Shown here: positions 40,845 through 54,195 of the stretch, in pieces
How positions within the stretch are numbered: the first letter of the stretch is position 1
Layout of the letters: every line of letters starts with the position of its first letter
Source of the DNA: Alphaproteobacteria bacterium
GTDB taxonomy: Bacteria > Pseudomonadota > Alphaproteobacteria > UBA828
Direction: 5' to 3'
Assembly: GCA_965214705.1 (NCBI GenBank)
Contig: OZ243972.1
Span: 2,880,001-2,944,000 of the forward strand
DNA length: 64,000 nt
The notes under the pieces: model-generated
Database searches by the model: none
Told to the model about the DNA's origin: nothing
What the model saw: only the letters and a program-made list of their open reading frames with translations
Program-made: the position numbers and the translations under genes

Positions 40845-43800
40845 TTAGGCGCCGACGTTCTGATTGGCTTGAGAATAGGACTGCAGCGGAGCCACATCAA
40901 GGCTGCCGCCCTTCAGCGCCTCGACGCCGCGGATCATCGCGCGGCTGCCCGAGAGAGTGGTGAAATAGGGCACCTGATGCTCCAGCGCCGCGCGGCGCAA
41001 CAGGTAACTCGCCAGCCGCTCCTGCGCGCCCTCGGTGGTGTTGACCACGAGCTGGATGGTGCCGTCCTTGATGGCATCGACGATGTGCGGGCGGCCCTGC
41101 TGCACCCGGTTGACGTGCGTAGCCGCGATGCCCGCCCGCGCCAGGGCTGCGCGGGTCCCACTGGTGGCGACGAGGTCGAAGCCGAGCCCCGCCAGGCTGC
41201 GAGCGATGGCCACCGCCGCCGGCTTGTCGTCGTCTCGGACCGAGATAAAAGCACGGCCTGCGACCGGCAGGTGCATGCCGGCGCCGATCTGCGCTTTGGC
41301 GAAGGCGCTGCCGAAGTCGCGGTCGATGCCCATGACCTCGCCGGTCGACTTCATCTCCGGCCCGAGCACCGTGTCCACGCCTGGGAAGCGGGCGAAGGGG
41401 AACACCGCCTCCTTGACCGCGACGTGCTCAGGCGCCGCGCCGCCGTTCAGGATTGCCTCGGGCAACCGCGCGCCCGTCATGGCGAGCGCCGCGAGCTTCG
41501 CGATCGGGGCGCCGATGCTCTTGGCGACGAAGGGCACAGTGCGGCTCGCCCGCGGGTTGACCTCCAGCACGTAGACGGTGCCGGCCTGCACGGCGTACTG
41601 CACGTTCATCAGGCCGCGCACGTCGAGCGCGCGGGCGAGGGCGATGGTCTGGCGGCGCAGCTCGTCCACCGTCTCTTCGCTTAGCGAATGCGGCGGCAGC
41701 GAGCAGGCCGAATCGCCCGAGTGGATGCCCGCTTCCTCGATGTGCTCCATGATCCCGGCGACGGCCACGTTCTCGCCGTCCGCCAGCGCATCGACATCCA
41801 CCTCCACTGCGTCCTTGAGGTAGCGGTCGAGCAGGATCGGCCCGTCGCCGAAGGCCTCCACGGCATCGCGCATGTAGCGATTGAGACCGTCGCTGTCGTT
41901 GACGATCTCCATGGCCCGCCCGCCCAGCACGTAAGAGGGGCGGACCACGACGGGATAGCCGATGCGCTCGGCGATGCTCCGCGCTTCCTCGCTCGACGTG
42001 CAGGTCTCGTTCGCGGGCTGCCGCAGCCCGAGGTCCCCAAGCAGCGTGCGAAAGCGCTCTCTGTCCTCAGCCAGGTCGATAGCGTCGGGCGCGGTGCCCA
42101 GGATCGGCACGCCCGCCGCCTCCAGCGCCTTGGCGAGCTTGAGCGGCGTCTGCCCGCCGAACTGGATGTTGAGCCCGACCAGCTCGCCCGCGCTCTGCTC
42201 GACGCGGACGATGTCGAGCACGGTCTCGGTCGTGAGCGGCTCGAAATAGAGCCGGTCGGAAGTGTCGTAGTCGGTGGAGACGGTCTCCGGGTTGCAGTTG
42301 ACCATGATGGTCTCGAAGCCCGCGTCCTTGAGCGCGTAGGCCGCGTGGACGCAGCAGTAGTCGAATTCGATGCCCTGGCCGATCCGGTTGGGCCCGCCGC
42401 CGAGGATGACGACCTTGCGGCGGAGGCTGGGATCGGCTTCGCATTCGGGCGGCGCGTCGCCGGTCCCCGTCTCGTAGCAGGAGTACATGTAGGGCGTGCG
42501 CGATTCGAACTCGGCGGCGCAGGTGTCGATCCGCTTGAACACCGGGTGGACGCCGAGTTCCGCCCGCTTCCCCGCGACCGTCGCCTCGTCCGTGCCGGCC
42601 AGCGCGGCGAGCCTGCGATCGCCGAACCCCAGCGCCTTCAACCGGCCGAGCGCCGCTGCGCCGTCCGGCACGCCATGCACGCGGACCTCCGCCTCGGCGC
42701 GCACGATCGCGTCGATCTCCCGCAGGAACCAGGGATCGACGGCGCAGGCCTGGTGCACCGCGTCGATGCCGACACCGCGCCGAAGCGCCTCGGCGATCAC
42801 CAGCAGGCGGTCCGGTCTCGGCTGGCCTAGGGCTGCGATGATCGGATCGTGATCGCCTTCCTCGGCGCCGGGAATGGCGATCTCGTCGAGGCCGGTGAGC
42901 CCCGTCTCCATCGAGCGGAGCGCCTTCTGCAGCGATTCGCAGAATGTGCGCCCGATCGCCATTGCCTCGCCCACCGACTTCATCGAGGTGGTGAGCAGGG
43001 GCTCGGCGCCGGGGAATTTTTCGAACGCGAAGCGCGGGACCTTGGTCACTACGTAGTCGATGCTGGGCTCGAAGGAGGCCGGCGTCACGCCCGTGATGTC
43101 GTTCGCGATCTCATCGAGGGTGTAGCCGACGGCGAGCTTGGCCGCGACCTTGGCGATGGGGAACCCGGTTGCCTTGGACGCCAGAGCCGACGAGCGCGAG
43201 ACCCGCGGGTTCATTTCGATGACGACGAGGCGGCCCGTGGCCGGGTCCACGGCGAACTGGACGTTGGAACCGCCGGTCTCGACGCCCACCTTGCGCAGCA
43301 CCGCGATGGCGGCGTTGCGCATGAGTTGATACTCCTTGTCGGTGAGCGTCAGTGCCGGCGCTACGGTGATCGAATCGCCGGTGTGGATGCCCATCGGGTC
43401 CACGTTCTCGATGGAGCAGACGATGATGGCGTTGTCGGCCTTGTCGCGCACGACCTCCATCTCGAACTCTTTCCAGCCGAGCACCGATTCCTCGACCAGG
43501 ATCTCGCCGGCGGGCGAAGCATCCATGCCGCCCGCGGCGAGAGCCACGAACTCCTCACGGTTGTAGGCGATGCCGCCCCCGGTGCCGCCGAGGGTGTAGG
43601 AGGGCCGGATGATGGTCGGCAGTCCCACTAGGTCGAGCGCCTGGCGGGCCTCGTCGAGCGAGCGCGCGATCCGGCTCTTCGGGCATTCCAGCCCGATCTC
43701 TCCCATCGCTTCGCGGAAGGCCTCGCGGTCTTCCGCGATCTCGATCGCCGCCCGCGAGGCGCCGATCAGGTCCACGCCGTGGCGCGCGAGCGTGCCGTCG

Positions 43801-44111
43801 TCGGCGAGCGCAAGCGCCGTGTTGAGCGCGGTCTGCCCGCCCATGGTGGGCAGCAGGGCGTCCGGCTTCTCGGCAGCAACGATCCTCGCCACGATGGCGG
43901 GCGTGATCGGCTCGACGTAGGTGGCGTCGGCAAACTCCGGGTCGGTCATGATCGTCGCCGGGTTCGAGTTCACCAGAATCACCCGGTAGCCCTCGTCCTT
44001 GAGCGCCTTGCAGGCCTGTGTGCCCGAGTAGTCGAACTCGCAGGCCTGCCCGATCACGATGGGGCCGGCTCCGATCACCATGATCGAGCCGATGTCGGTG
44101 CGGCGGGGCAT
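40845..44111 (-). CDS. carB: Carbamoyl-phosphate synthase large subunit
   Basis: [47 protein letters not shown]. Confidence 0.98.
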   Translation of the reverse strand: MPRRTDIGSIMVIGAGPIVIGQACEFDYSGTQACKALKDEGYRVILVNSNPATIMTDPEFADATYVEPITPAIVARIVAAEKPDALLPTMGGQTALNTALALADDGTLARHGVDLIGASRAAIEIAEDREAFREAMGEIGLECPKSRIARSLDEARQALDLVGLPTIIRPSYTLGGTGGGIAYNREEFVALAAGGMDASPAGEILVEESVLGWKEFEMEVVRDKADNAIIVCSIENVDPMGIHTGDSITVAPALTLTDKEYQLMRNAAIAVLRKVGVETGGSNVQFAVDPATGRLVVIEMNPRVSRSSALASKATGFPIAKVAAKLAVGYTLDEIANDITGVTPASFEPSIDYVVTKVPRFAFEKFPGAEPLLTTSMKSVGEAMAIGRTFCESLQKALRSMETGLTGLDEIAIPGAEEGDHDPIIAALGQPRPDRLLVIAEALRRGVGIDAVHQACAVDPWFLREIDAIVRAEAEVRVHGVPDGAAALGRLKALGFGDRRLAALAGTDEATVAGKRAELGVHPVFKRIDTCAAEFESRTPYMYSCYETGTGDAPPECEADPSLRRKVVILGGGPNRIGQGIEFDYCCVHAAYALKDAGFETIMVNCNPETVSTDYDTSDRLYFEPLTTETVLDIVRVEQSAGELVGLNIQFGGQTPLKLAKALEAAGVPILGTAPDAIDLAEDRERFRTLLGDLGLRQPANETCTSSEEARSIAERIGYPVVVRPSYVLGGRAMEIVNDSDGLNRYMRDAVEAFGDGPILLDRYLKDAVEVDVDALADGENVAVAGIMEHIEEAGIHSGDSACSLPPHSLSEETVDELRRQTIALARALDVRGLMNVQYAVQAGTVYVLEVNPRASRTVPFVAKSIGAPIAKLAALAMTGARLPEAILNGGAAPEHVAVKEAVFPFARFPGVDTVLGPEMKSTGEVMGIDRDFGSAFAKAQIGAGMHLPVAGRAFISVRDDDKPAAVAIARSLAGLGFDLVATSGTRAALARAGIAATHVNRVQQGRPHIVDAIKDGTIQLVVNTTEGAQERLASYLLRRAALEHQVPYFTTLSGSRAMIRGVEALKGGSLDVAPLQSYSQANQNVGA

Positions 44112-44128
44112 GACGCGGAAGCCGGCCG

Positions 44129-45280
44129 TCAGTCCATCAGCCCGACGAACCGCTCGAAGAGATGCTGGGCATCCTGCGGGCCGGGCGACGCTTCCGGGTG
44201 GTACTGGACCGAGAAGATGGGACGATCGTCGACGGCGAGGCCTTCCAGCGTGCCGTCGAAGAGCGAGACGTGGGTAGCCGTGACGCCGGCAGGCAGCGTG
44301 TCCGCCATGACCTCGAAGCCGTGGTTCTGGCTCGTGATCTCGACTCGTCCCGTCGCCAGCTCTTTGACTGGATGGTTGGCGCCACGATGGCCGAAGGGCA
44401 TCTTCTTGGTCTCGGCGCCGAGAGCCAAGGCGAGCAGCTGATGGCCGAGGCAGATGCCGAAGATCGGCAGCCCGCTCGCGATCAGCGACTGAATGACCGG
44501 CACCGCATATTCGCCTGTCGCGGCGGGGTCGCCCGGCCCGTTCGAGAGGAAGATGCCATCCGGCGCGTGGGCGAGAATCGTGTCTGCGTCCGCCGTTGCG
44601 GGCACGACGGTCACGTCACAGCCGGCGGCGGCGAGCGAGCGCAGGATGTTGCGCTTGGCGCCATAATCGACCGCGACCACGCGGTGGCGCGGCGAGGCGA
44701 GGGTGCCGTAGGCGCCGGTCTCGACATCCCAGGTGGTCTCGGTCCAGCCGTAGGCCTGGCGGCAGCAGACCGCCTTGGCGAGGTCCATGCCCTCGAGCCC
44801 CGGCCACGCACGGGCCTTCGCGATGAGCGCGGCCTCGTCGATGGCCTCGGGCTCGGATGTGTGGATCAGCGCGCCGTCCTGCGCGCCGCCGGTGCGCAAC
44901 AGGCGGGTCAGACGTCTGGTATCGATACCGGCGATGCCGATGAGGCCGCGCCTTTCAAGCCAGCCTTCGAGGTGCTGGACCGCGCGCCAGTTCGAGGGCT
45001 CGGTGACATCCGCGCGCAGCACAAGCCCGAGCGCCGCTGGCGTTCCCGCCTCCAGGTCGTCCTCGTTGGTCCCGACATTGCCGATATGGGGGAAGGTGAA
45101 GGTGATGATCTGCCCGGCGTATGACGGATCGGTGAGAATTTCCTGATAGCCGCTCATCGCGGTGTTGAAGCAGATCTCGCCCACGGCCTCGCCGCGCGCG
45201 CCGAGGCCGCGGCCGCGAAAAACCGTTCCGTCGGCGAGCGCGAGCGCCGCAGTTGCGGTCGGCGATCCAGACCCTGACAT
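44129..45280 (-). CDS. carA: Carbamoyl-phosphate synthase small subunit
   Basis: [35 protein letters not shown]; start placed at ATG 45280. Confidence 0.97.
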   Translation of the reverse strand: MSGSGSPTATAALALADGTVFRGRGLGARGEAVGEICFNTAMSGYQEILTDPSYAGQIITFTFPHIGNVGTNEDDLEAGTPAALGLVLRADVTEPSNWRAVQHLEGWLERRGLIGIAGIDTRRLTRLLRTGGAQDGALIHTSEPEAIDEAALIAKARAWPGLEGMDLAKAVCCRQAYGWTETTWDVETGAYGTLASPRHRVVAVDYGAKRNILRSLAAAGCDVTVVPATADADTILAHAPDGIFLSNGPGDPAATGEYAVPVIQSLIASGLPIFGICLGHQLLALALGAETKKMPFGHRGANHPVKELATGRVEITSQNHGFEVMADTLPAGVTATHVSLFDGTLEGLAVDDRPIFSVQYHPEASPGPQDAQHLFERFVGLMD

Positions 45281-45507
45281 CGAAGTTCCTGCGGACGGGC
45301 CGCGCGTCCTCGCCGCCCTGTCCGACTCGTGGTGCGCGCGGAGTCGAAGGTGCGCGCAGTGTAGTCGGGGCCATGCCGCGGTCAAGCATCGACCCGTCGC
45401 GGTCGGGTATCGACCCCAATTGCCAGTTGCAAGGTAAGCGAAGCGCCCAATTCCGTCGCCGGAAGGCCCCGTCCGGAAACGAGATTCTTGTCAAGGGAGA
45501 ATCGTCG

Positions 45508-45535
45508 TTGATCGGCGTTTCCGGGCGTCTATAGT
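45508..45535 (+). promoter_or_regulatory. Putative sigma70 promoter of yqeY-dnaG
   Basis: TTGATC-N16-TATAGT. Confidence 0.5.
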
Positions 45536-45559
45536 CCTCGGCATTCCAAATGACGGGGG

Positions 45560-46024
45560 ATGCCCATGCTGCGACCGCAGCTGGAGGAGGCGCTAAAGCG
45601 TGCCATGAAGGCGCGCGAGCAGTGCCGGGTGGCGACCATCAGGCTTATTCTTGCGGCGCTCAAGGATCGCGACATTGCAGAGCGCGGCAAGGGCAACGGC
45701 GAATTGGATGACAACCAGATTCTGGCTCTGTTGCAGACCATGATTCGCCAACGGCGCGAGAGTATCGAGCAGTATGAACGGGGCGGCCGGATCGACCTCG
45801 CCGAGCGCGAGGCCGAGGAAATCGCCGTGATACAGACCTTCCTGCCGCCGGCGATCGAGGGCGATGATCTGGTCTCAGTTGTGCGCGGCGTCGTGGACGA
45901 CCTGAATGCCAGCACGATCAAGGACATGGGCCGCACGATGGCGTGCCTGAAGCAAAAGTATTCGGGCCGCATGGACTTCGCCAAGGCGAGCGGGCTGGTG
46001 AGGGAACTGCTCGCTTCCGGCTAA
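45560..46024 (+). CDS. GatB/YqeY domain protein
   Basis: AMKAR...RLILAALKD, QRRESI, DLAEREAEEI, KDMG; conserved position divergent from carA. Confidence 0.93.
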   Translation: MPMLRPQLEEALKRAMKAREQCRVATIRLILAALKDRDIAERGKGNGELDDNQILALLQTMIRQRRESIEQYERGGRIDLAEREAEEIAVIQTFLPPAIEGDDLVSVVRGVVDDLNASTIKDMGRTMACLKQKYSGRMDFAKASGLVRELLASG

Positions 46025-46161
46025 TCGGAGGCAGCCGGCAGGATTGGTGGGCCGGCGGAGAGTGATCTGCTCCACGGGGATGGGTCGTCCCGTGAGGGAC
46101 AGACAGGCTGGGAAACGGGCGCTGACCGCGCCATGATGAGCGCTCAGCCGGGCGTGAGGGG

Positions 46162-47991
46162 ATGACGTTCCCACCGAGTTTTTTGGACGAGATTCGCGCG
46201 CGCGTTCCGCTGGAAGGCGTGATCGGCAAGCGCGTGCGGCTCGTGCGCCGCGGGCGGGAATCCATCGGCCTCTGCCCCTTCCACAAGGAGAAGACACCCT
46301 CCTTCACGGTGAACGAGGAGAAGGGCTTCTTCCACTGCTTCGGCTGCGGCGCCCACGGCGACGTCATCGGCTTCCTCATGCGGGACGAGGGCCTCCCGTT
46401 CCCGGAGGCGGTGGAGCGCCTGGCGGGCGATGCGGGCCTGGCACTCCCCGCACGCGATCCGCGCGCCGAGGCGCGGGAAAAGGAGCGGCACTCGCTCTAC
46501 GGAGTGACCGAGGCTGCGGCCGCCTGGTTCGAATCCGAGCTGGCGGGGCAGCGCGGCGCGGCGGCCCGGCGCTATCTCGACGCCCGCGGCGTGGATGAGG
46601 AGACCCGCGCGCACTTCCGTATCGGCTTCGCGCCCGACAGCCGCACCGCACTCCGCACCAAGCTGGAGGGCGACGGCGTGCCCGAAGCCATGATGCTGTC
46701 GGCCGGTCTCGTCATCGCGCCGGAGGATGGCGGCACGCCCTACGATCGCTTTCGGGGTCGGATCATCTTCCCCATCTGCGACCGGCGCGGCCGGGTCATT
46801 GCCTTCGGCGGCCGGGCGTTGGGCGAGCGCCAGCCCAAGTATCTCAACTCGCCGGAGACGCCGCTCTTTGCCAAGGGCAGCCTGCTCTACGGCCACCATC
46901 TCGCCGCGCCTGCCGCCCGCAAGGCGAACCGGGTGATCGCGGTCGAGGGCTACATGGACGTGATCGCGCTGCATCAGGCGGGCATCGTCGAGGCGGTGGC
47001 GCCGCTCGGCACTGCGCTTACCGAACAGCAGCTGGAAGCACTCTGGCGGCTCGCGGAGGACCCGGTGCTCTGCTTCGACGGCGACGAGGCCGGCGCCCGT
47101 GCCGCCGCCCGTGCCGTCGAGCGAGCCTTGCCTCAGCTCAGCGCGAAGCGCTCGCTGCGGTTCGCGACGCTTCCCACCGGCCAGGACCCCGACACGATGG
47201 TGCGCGATCGCGGCCGCCGGGCGATGGCCGAGATCGTCGCCGCTGCGATCCCGCTCTCCGACCAGCTTTGGAAGATGGCGGCGGGCGGCCGTGCGCTCGA
47301 AACACCCGAAGCGCGGGCCCGGGTCAACAAGCAGCTCCGGGACCAGGTCGCGCGAATTCCCGACCGCGACCTCGGTTTTCGATATATGGAGGACTATCGG
47401 CAGCGCCTGCGGTTGCCGTGGCAGGGGCGGCGGCAGGGCGGCGCGCCATCGTTTGTTGCCCCCGAGCCGCCGGTGCGACGTGGCGAGGCGCTCGGCGCCG
47501 GCGGGCAAGGCATCGCGCAGCCCCGCGAGCGTGCCTTGCTCCAGATCCTGCTTAGCTTCCCCGCATTGGCGCTGGAGCAGCACGAGGCGCTGGCTGGGCT
47601 GCACCTGGAGACGCCCCGATTCGCGGCCGTCACCGCCGCGCTGATCGACTGGGCCGAGTCTGGGCCCGAGCCAGAGGGCGCGGAACTGCGCGCGACCCTT
47701 GTTGCGCAGGGTCTGGATGGCGTGGTCGAGGAGCTGGTGGGGCAGGACGCCCAATTTCTCGACAGGCCGACCGGTATCGACCACGCGCGTGATTTGTTCG
47801 TGGATGCCCTGAAAAGGCAGTACCAGCGCCTCGAAGAGCAGGCGACGCGGGCCGAGGCCGAAGCTGCCCACACCGACGAAGAGGCTTGGGAGCAAACCCG
47901 CGAGCGGATTCTGCGTCTGCAGGAGACCGCGAAGGCGGAGACGGACATACCCGATTTGGGCGTTTCACCGAGGGCAAGCGGGGCACAGTGA
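46162..47991 (+). CDS. dnaG: DNA primase
   Basis: CPFHKEKTPSF, DRFRGRIIFP, KYLNSPET, EGYMDV, FDGDEAG, QDPD. Confidence 0.97.
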   Translation: MTFPPSFLDEIRARVPLEGVIGKRVRLVRRGRESIGLCPFHKEKTPSFTVNEEKGFFHCFGCGAHGDVIGFLMRDEGLPFPEAVERLAGDAGLALPARDPRAEAREKERHSLYGVTEAAAAWFESELAGQRGAAARRYLDARGVDEETRAHFRIGFAPDSRTALRTKLEGDGVPEAMMLSAGLVIAPEDGGTPYDRFRGRIIFPICDRRGRVIAFGGRALGERQPKYLNSPETPLFAKGSLLYGHHLAAPAARKANRVIAVEGYMDVIALHQAGIVEAVAPLGTALTEQQLEALWRLAEDPVLCFDGDEAGARAAARAVERALPQLSAKRSLRFATLPTGQDPDTMVRDRGRRAMAEIVAAAIPLSDQLWKMAAGGRALETPEARARVNKQLRDQVARIPDRDLGFRYMEDYRQRLRLPWQGRRQGGAPSFVAPEPPVRRGEALGAGGQGIAQPRERALLQILLSFPALALEQHEALAGLHLETPRFAAVTAALIDWAESGPEPEGAELRATLVAQGLDGVVEELVGQDAQFLDRPTGIDHARDLFVDALKRQYQRLEEQATRAEAEAAHTDEEAWEQTRERILRLQETAKAETDIPDLGVSPRASGAQ

Positions 47992-48037
47992 CACGCGCGG
48001 CTCCATCGACCTTGCTATGCCGCCAGTCAAGGTGCGC

Positions 48038-48066
48038 TTGACACTCGCTCGCGGGTTTTTCAGACT
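48038..48066 (+). promoter_or_regulatory. Putative sigma70 promoter of rpoD
   Basis: TTGACA-N17-CAGACT. Confidence 0.6.
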
Positions 48067-48226
48067 GGTTGGCGTAGGGGAGGCTTGACCCGGAGGCCTC
48101 CGACCCCACATCACCCCAATCGGGCGCGAGCGGCGCAGGTGCGCCCCGAACCGTCCGCTGGGTCCAGCGCGTGCGCGAGCCCGAGCGGTGCCCGCCCGAT
48201 CCCGAGGTCTGGAAAGGAAGAGCCGC

Positions 48227-50215
<1,989 letters not shown>

Positions 50216-50375
50216 GCGCTGAGGTCAAAGAGGCGCCGCGAAAAATACAAATTTGCAAAACGAACCCAATTTCTCATAACCCATTGATCTGATTGTATAA
50301 TAGGGCGGACGACAGCGCTATGGACTGGCGTTCGGGCCGTCTCCCGGCCGCGTGCTATGGTCTCTCGGCAACGGC

Positions 50376-51323
50376 ATGGTGAGCGACATGGCGCCCGGTG
50401 AAGCGACGACCGCACCAGAATCGCCGCCGTCGCGTCGTCACCAGCTCGTCTCCTTCGCGCTCCTCATCGTCTGCGGCGGCACCTTCGGGCTGATCTTCTC
50501 GGCCAACAAGATCGCCGTCACCGGGGGCATTCCGTTCTTCGCCTATGTCTTCTGGCAGACGCTCGGCGGCGGCCTCGTGCTGTTGCTGCTTGCCGGCGCG
50601 TTCCGCCGGCGCCCGCGCCTGAGTTGGCCCCATATAAGGGCCTATTTCGTGATCGGCTTCTTCACGCTGGCCTTTCCCTTCGTTCTCATGGCCTTCATCG
50701 CGCCCAAGCTGCCGGCCGGGGTGATCAGCCTGGGCGGCACGCTCAGCCCGACCATCACCTATATCCTGGCGCTGGCGCTCGCGATGGATCGCTTTCGCTG
50801 GCTCCGGATCGGCGGCATCTCGCTCGGGCTCGCCGGCGTTCTGCTGGTGGTGCTGCCGGAGACAAGCCTGCCCGAACCCGGCATGGCCGGCTGGGTGCTG
50901 CTCAGCCTGCTGGTCCCGGTGAGCTACGCCTCCGGTACGATCGCGGCCGCCCGCCTCGCGCCGGCCGACGGCGATTCGCTCACCACGGGGAGCGGACTTC
51001 TCTTCGCCTCGTCCATCATGGTCTTCCCCTTCATGGCGGGGAGTGGGCAGTGGTGGTTCTTCTCCGGCCCGATGAGCGATGCCGACTGGGCACAGATCGG
51101 CGCCGTTCTGATCAACGCCGCGTTCTTCTATCTGCTCCTGGAGATCGTCAGGCGCGCCGGGCCGGTCTTTTTCTCGACGCAGAACTATGTCGCCACGCTG
51201 GCGGGCATCGGCTGGGGAATTCTGATTCTGGCCGAGAGCCACAGCGTCTACATCTGGGGCGCGCTCGCGCTGCTCTTCGCCGGCCTCTTTCTGGTGACCC
51301 GCCGCGCGCCGCGCGCCACGTAG
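50376..51323 (+). CDS. DMT/EamA family transporter
   Basis: About ten hydrophobic segments, two EamA-like halves, GPVFFSTQNY; start uncertain (50376 or 50388). Confidence 0.88.
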   Translation: MVSDMAPGEATTAPESPPSRRHQLVSFALLIVCGGTFGLIFSANKIAVTGGIPFFAYVFWQTLGGGLVLLLLAGAFRRRPRLSWPHIRAYFVIGFFTLAFPFVLMAFIAPKLPAGVISLGGTLSPTITYILALALAMDRFRWLRIGGISLGLAGVLLVVLPETSLPEPGMAGWVLLSLLVPVSYASGTIAAARLAPADGDSLTTGSGLLFASSIMVFPFMAGSGQWWFFSGPMSDADWAQIGAVLINAAFFYLLLEIVRRAGPVFFSTQNYVATLAGIGWGILILAESHSVYIWGALALLFAGLFLVTRRAPRAT

Positions 51324-51352
51324 TGCGGGCGCGACGACGGGAGGTTTCCGGT

Positions 51353-52111
51353 CTAGGGCTCCGCGACAAGGTCCAGCAGGCGCTGGGTCAGGAGCTCGCC
51401 CTCGGGCCAATCCAGGCCCCGGTCGGCGAGATAGCGGCGCACGGCGCTGTGAGTCTGTTCGCCGGGAATGCCGTCCGCCGGCCCCGGGTCGTAGCCGTGG
51501 GCGGCAAGGCGCCGCTGCAAGGTCTCGACCTGGCGCTCGGAGAGAATCAAGGTGGCTGCCGCCGACCGGACCGGCGCTTCCTCCGGGCTCGGCGTGAAGG
51601 CACTGGCGCGGGCTTGTGCCGCCTCGAGCTCATCTTCCTCGAGCAGTGGCGTCAGTTGGGCGGCGGCGTCGGCCGCTTGCTCCCGCTCCGTACCCTCGCC
51701 GAGTCGCGTCGCGACTTCGAGCCAGAAGAGCGCCTGCGCCACGTCCTGCGCCACGCCGCGCCCAACCTGGTGAAGCAGCGCCAAATTGTACTGCGCCCGA
51801 ACCATGCCCTGCCTAGCGGCCCGTTCGTACCAGCCGGCAGCCTCGGCAGGGTCCTCGGTCACGCCCCGGCCGGTCTCGTGGAGGAGGCCCAGGTTGAACT
51901 GCGCCAGCGCGTCGCCGTCCTCGGCGAGCGGGCGCCAGATTTGTGCCGCCTCGGCATAGTCGCCGGCCTCGAAGGCTGCAGCGCCTTCGGCCAGCAGGTC
52001 GGCCGTCGCCGCCGGCCCCACCGCCGACGCCCACAGAGCTGTGGCCGCGAGGAGCGGAGCAACCGTCGCGAACGCGCGCCTAACGACTCGGATTGCAGGA
52101 TTTGGTGTCAC
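51353..52111 (-). CDS. Exported Sel1-repeat protein with peptidoglycan-binding domain
   Basis: Signal peptide; AQFNLG/AQYNLA repeats; LQRRL...GYDPGPADGIPGEQT. Confidence 0.88.
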   Translation of the reverse strand: MTPNPAIRVVRRAFATVAPLLAATALWASAVGPAATADLLAEGAAAFEAGDYAEAAQIWRPLAEDGDALAQFNLGLLHETGRGVTEDPAEAAGWYERAARQGMVRAQYNLALLHQVGRGVAQDVAQALFWLEVATRLGEGTEREQAADAAAQLTPLLEEDELEAAQARASAFTPSPEEAPVRSAAATLILSERQVETLQRRLAAHGYDPGPADGIPGEQTHSAVRRYLADRGLDWPEGELLTQRLLDLVAEP

Positions 52112-52286
52112 GGCGTCGCAACATTATCCCGATTCTCGCGGCGGGCAATAGAAAGCAGCCCTTCGCCATGCTTACCCGGTCTTATGCCACACCCGTCGAA
52201 CCATGACCCCGAAGAATGGTCCGGGCTAGAATGCGGCGCGCCGTTCGGGCACCGTCCAGCGGCCTTGGGAAGCAAGGGAGAGCAGA

Positions 52287-53858
52287 ATGCCGACAGGTCC
52301 AGTACCGCCGAGCGCCAAGAAGGTTCAGGAGTTGGCCGAGTCGTTCGGCTTTACGATGAGCGACGCCGACGCCGACCTCTACAGCGAGATGATGGCGGGC
52401 ACGCTGCAGAGCTACCGCCGTCTCGACGCGATGCAGGAGACCAAGCCGCCGGTTAAGTATCCACGCGCCGGTTCCTACCGGCCGGGTCCCGAGGAGGACC
52501 CGTACAACGCCTGGTACGTCAAGGGCGAGATCAAGGGCGCGGCGGACGGTGTGCTTGCCGGCAAGCGGGTCGGCATCAAGGATGCAATCTGCGTCGCTGG
52601 CTTCCCCATGATCAACGGCGCCAAGGGGATGGAAGGCTACATCCCCGACATCGACGCCACGGTGGTGACGCGCGTGCTCGATGCCGGCGGGACCATCCTC
52701 GGCAAGACCAACAGCGAGGACTGCTCGTTCTCCGGTGGCAGCCACACCTCGGCATACGGCCCCGTGCGCAACCCGCACAAGCCGACCCATTCGACCGGCG
52801 CGTCCTCCAACGGCAACGGCGCCGCGGTTGCGGCCGGCGATGTCGACGCGACCATCGGCGGCGACCAAGGCGGCTCGATCCGCATCCCGGCGAGCTGGAG
52901 CGGCATCGTCGGCCTGAAGCCGACCTACGGCCTCGTGCCCTACACCGGCGCCATGATGATCGAGATGACCATGGACCACCTCGGCCCCATGGCCGACACG
53001 GTGGAGAATGCCGCCCGCATGCTCACCGCCATCGCCGGCGAGGATCCACTCGATCCGCGCCAGCGGGGGCTGATTCCGCCGGGGTTGGACATGGACTACG
53101 TCACCGGCCTCGATGCGGGCTGCAAGGGCATCAAGATCGGCGTGCTGAAGGAGGGCTTCGATCAGGGCGCCGGCGAGGAGACTTGGGGCGACACCGGGCT
53201 GCCGCCGGGCGACAAGGTGGTCTCGGACAGCGTGCGCGCCGCCGTCGAGCGTCTTGCGGGAGCTGGCGCCGAGGTGACCGAGGTCTCCAACCCGCGCCAC
53301 GAGGATGCCTACCACGTCTGGGTGCCGATGTGCGTGGAGGGCGCGCAGGCGGTCATGCTCAAGGGCAACAACACCGGTACCAACTGGCGGGGCTTCTACA
53401 ACACCCAGCTGCTCGACAACGTGGCGAAGGGCTTTCGCGCCCGGCCCAACGACATGGGCGTGATGGTGAAATACGTGCTGCTCTTCGGCGAGTACATGCA
53501 GTCGGACTATTACGGCCGCTACTACGCCAAGGCGCAGAACATCCGGGGCCAGATCGTGCAGAGCTACGACGACCTGCTGGAATCCTGCGATGTGCTGGTG
53601 ATGCCCAGCACGGCGATCCTGCCGACGCCGATTCCCGACAACGACGCGCCGCTCAAGGAGCGCATCATTCGTACGCTGGACATGATCCACAACACCTGCC
53701 AGTTCGATGTGACGGGGCATCCGGCGATCTCGGTGCCGTGCGGCGTCCGCGATGACCTGCCCATCGGCTGCATGATCGTGGGCCGCCACTTCGAGGACGC
53801 GAAGGTGCTGCAGGTCGCAGCGGCGCTGGAGGCCGCGAAGGACTGGAAGACCTGCTGA
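52287..53858 (+). CDS. Amidase (amidase signature family)
   Basis: IKD, GASSNG, GGDQGGSIRIPA, GLKPTYG, GHPAISVP; RBS GGGAG. Confidence 0.95.
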   Translation: MPTGPVPPSAKKVQELAESFGFTMSDADADLYSEMMAGTLQSYRRLDAMQETKPPVKYPRAGSYRPGPEEDPYNAWYVKGEIKGAADGVLAGKRVGIKDAICVAGFPMINGAKGMEGYIPDIDATVVTRVLDAGGTILGKTNSEDCSFSGGSHTSAYGPVRNPHKPTHSTGASSNGNGAAVAAGDVDATIGGDQGGSIRIPASWSGIVGLKPTYGLVPYTGAMMIEMTMDHLGPMADTVENAARMLTAIAGEDPLDPRQRGLIPPGLDMDYVTGLDAGCKGIKIGVLKEGFDQGAGEETWGDTGLPPGDKVVSDSVRAAVERLAGAGAEVTEVSNPRHEDAYHVWVPMCVEGAQAVMLKGNNTGTNWRGFYNTQLLDNVAKGFRARPNDMGVMVKYVLLFGEYMQSDYYGRYYAKAQNIRGQIVQSYDDLLESCDVLVMPSTAILPTPIPDNDAPLKERIIRTLDMIHNTCQFDVTGHPAISVPCGVRDDLPIGCMIVGRHFEDAKVLQVAAALEAAKDWKTC

Positions 53859-53880
53859 TCGGGGTCGGCTGACACGCTGT

Positions 53881-53922
53881 CCCCCACCACCCCGACCCTC
53901 TCCGCCCTAGGGACGGAGAGAG
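53881..53922. repeat. REP-like palindromic unit / hairpin after the amidase gene
   Basis: CCCCCACCACCCCGACCCTCTCCG-CCCTAGGG-ACGGAGAG resembles the CCCTCACCCCGACCCTCTCC palindromic-unit family. Confidence 0.5.
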
Positions 53923-54195
53923 TCACAAGGTTGGTTGCGTCTTCGTTGTACGTAGCCCAAGCCGAGCCGTAGCGACCAACTAATCTTGGGATGGCATGGG
54001 ATCTAATGAGATGTAGCGAGGTATAGAGAGACGGCGTTACGTATTGCCCCCACGCGCGACTTCTCTTGGGGTTGCGCAAAGGCTCTGCGTGGTTGTCTTT
54101 GAGTCCTGTATTGGAAACCGAGCACTCTCAAACGACCCGAACCCGAAGACGAGGAAGGATCGGCACCCCCCTCCATAACAGCGCCCTCCTCTTTA

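Noticed and set aside
53930-54190. AT-rich stretch left of IS1634 as a possible small gene
   Set aside because: No frame gives a recognisable or well-started protein.
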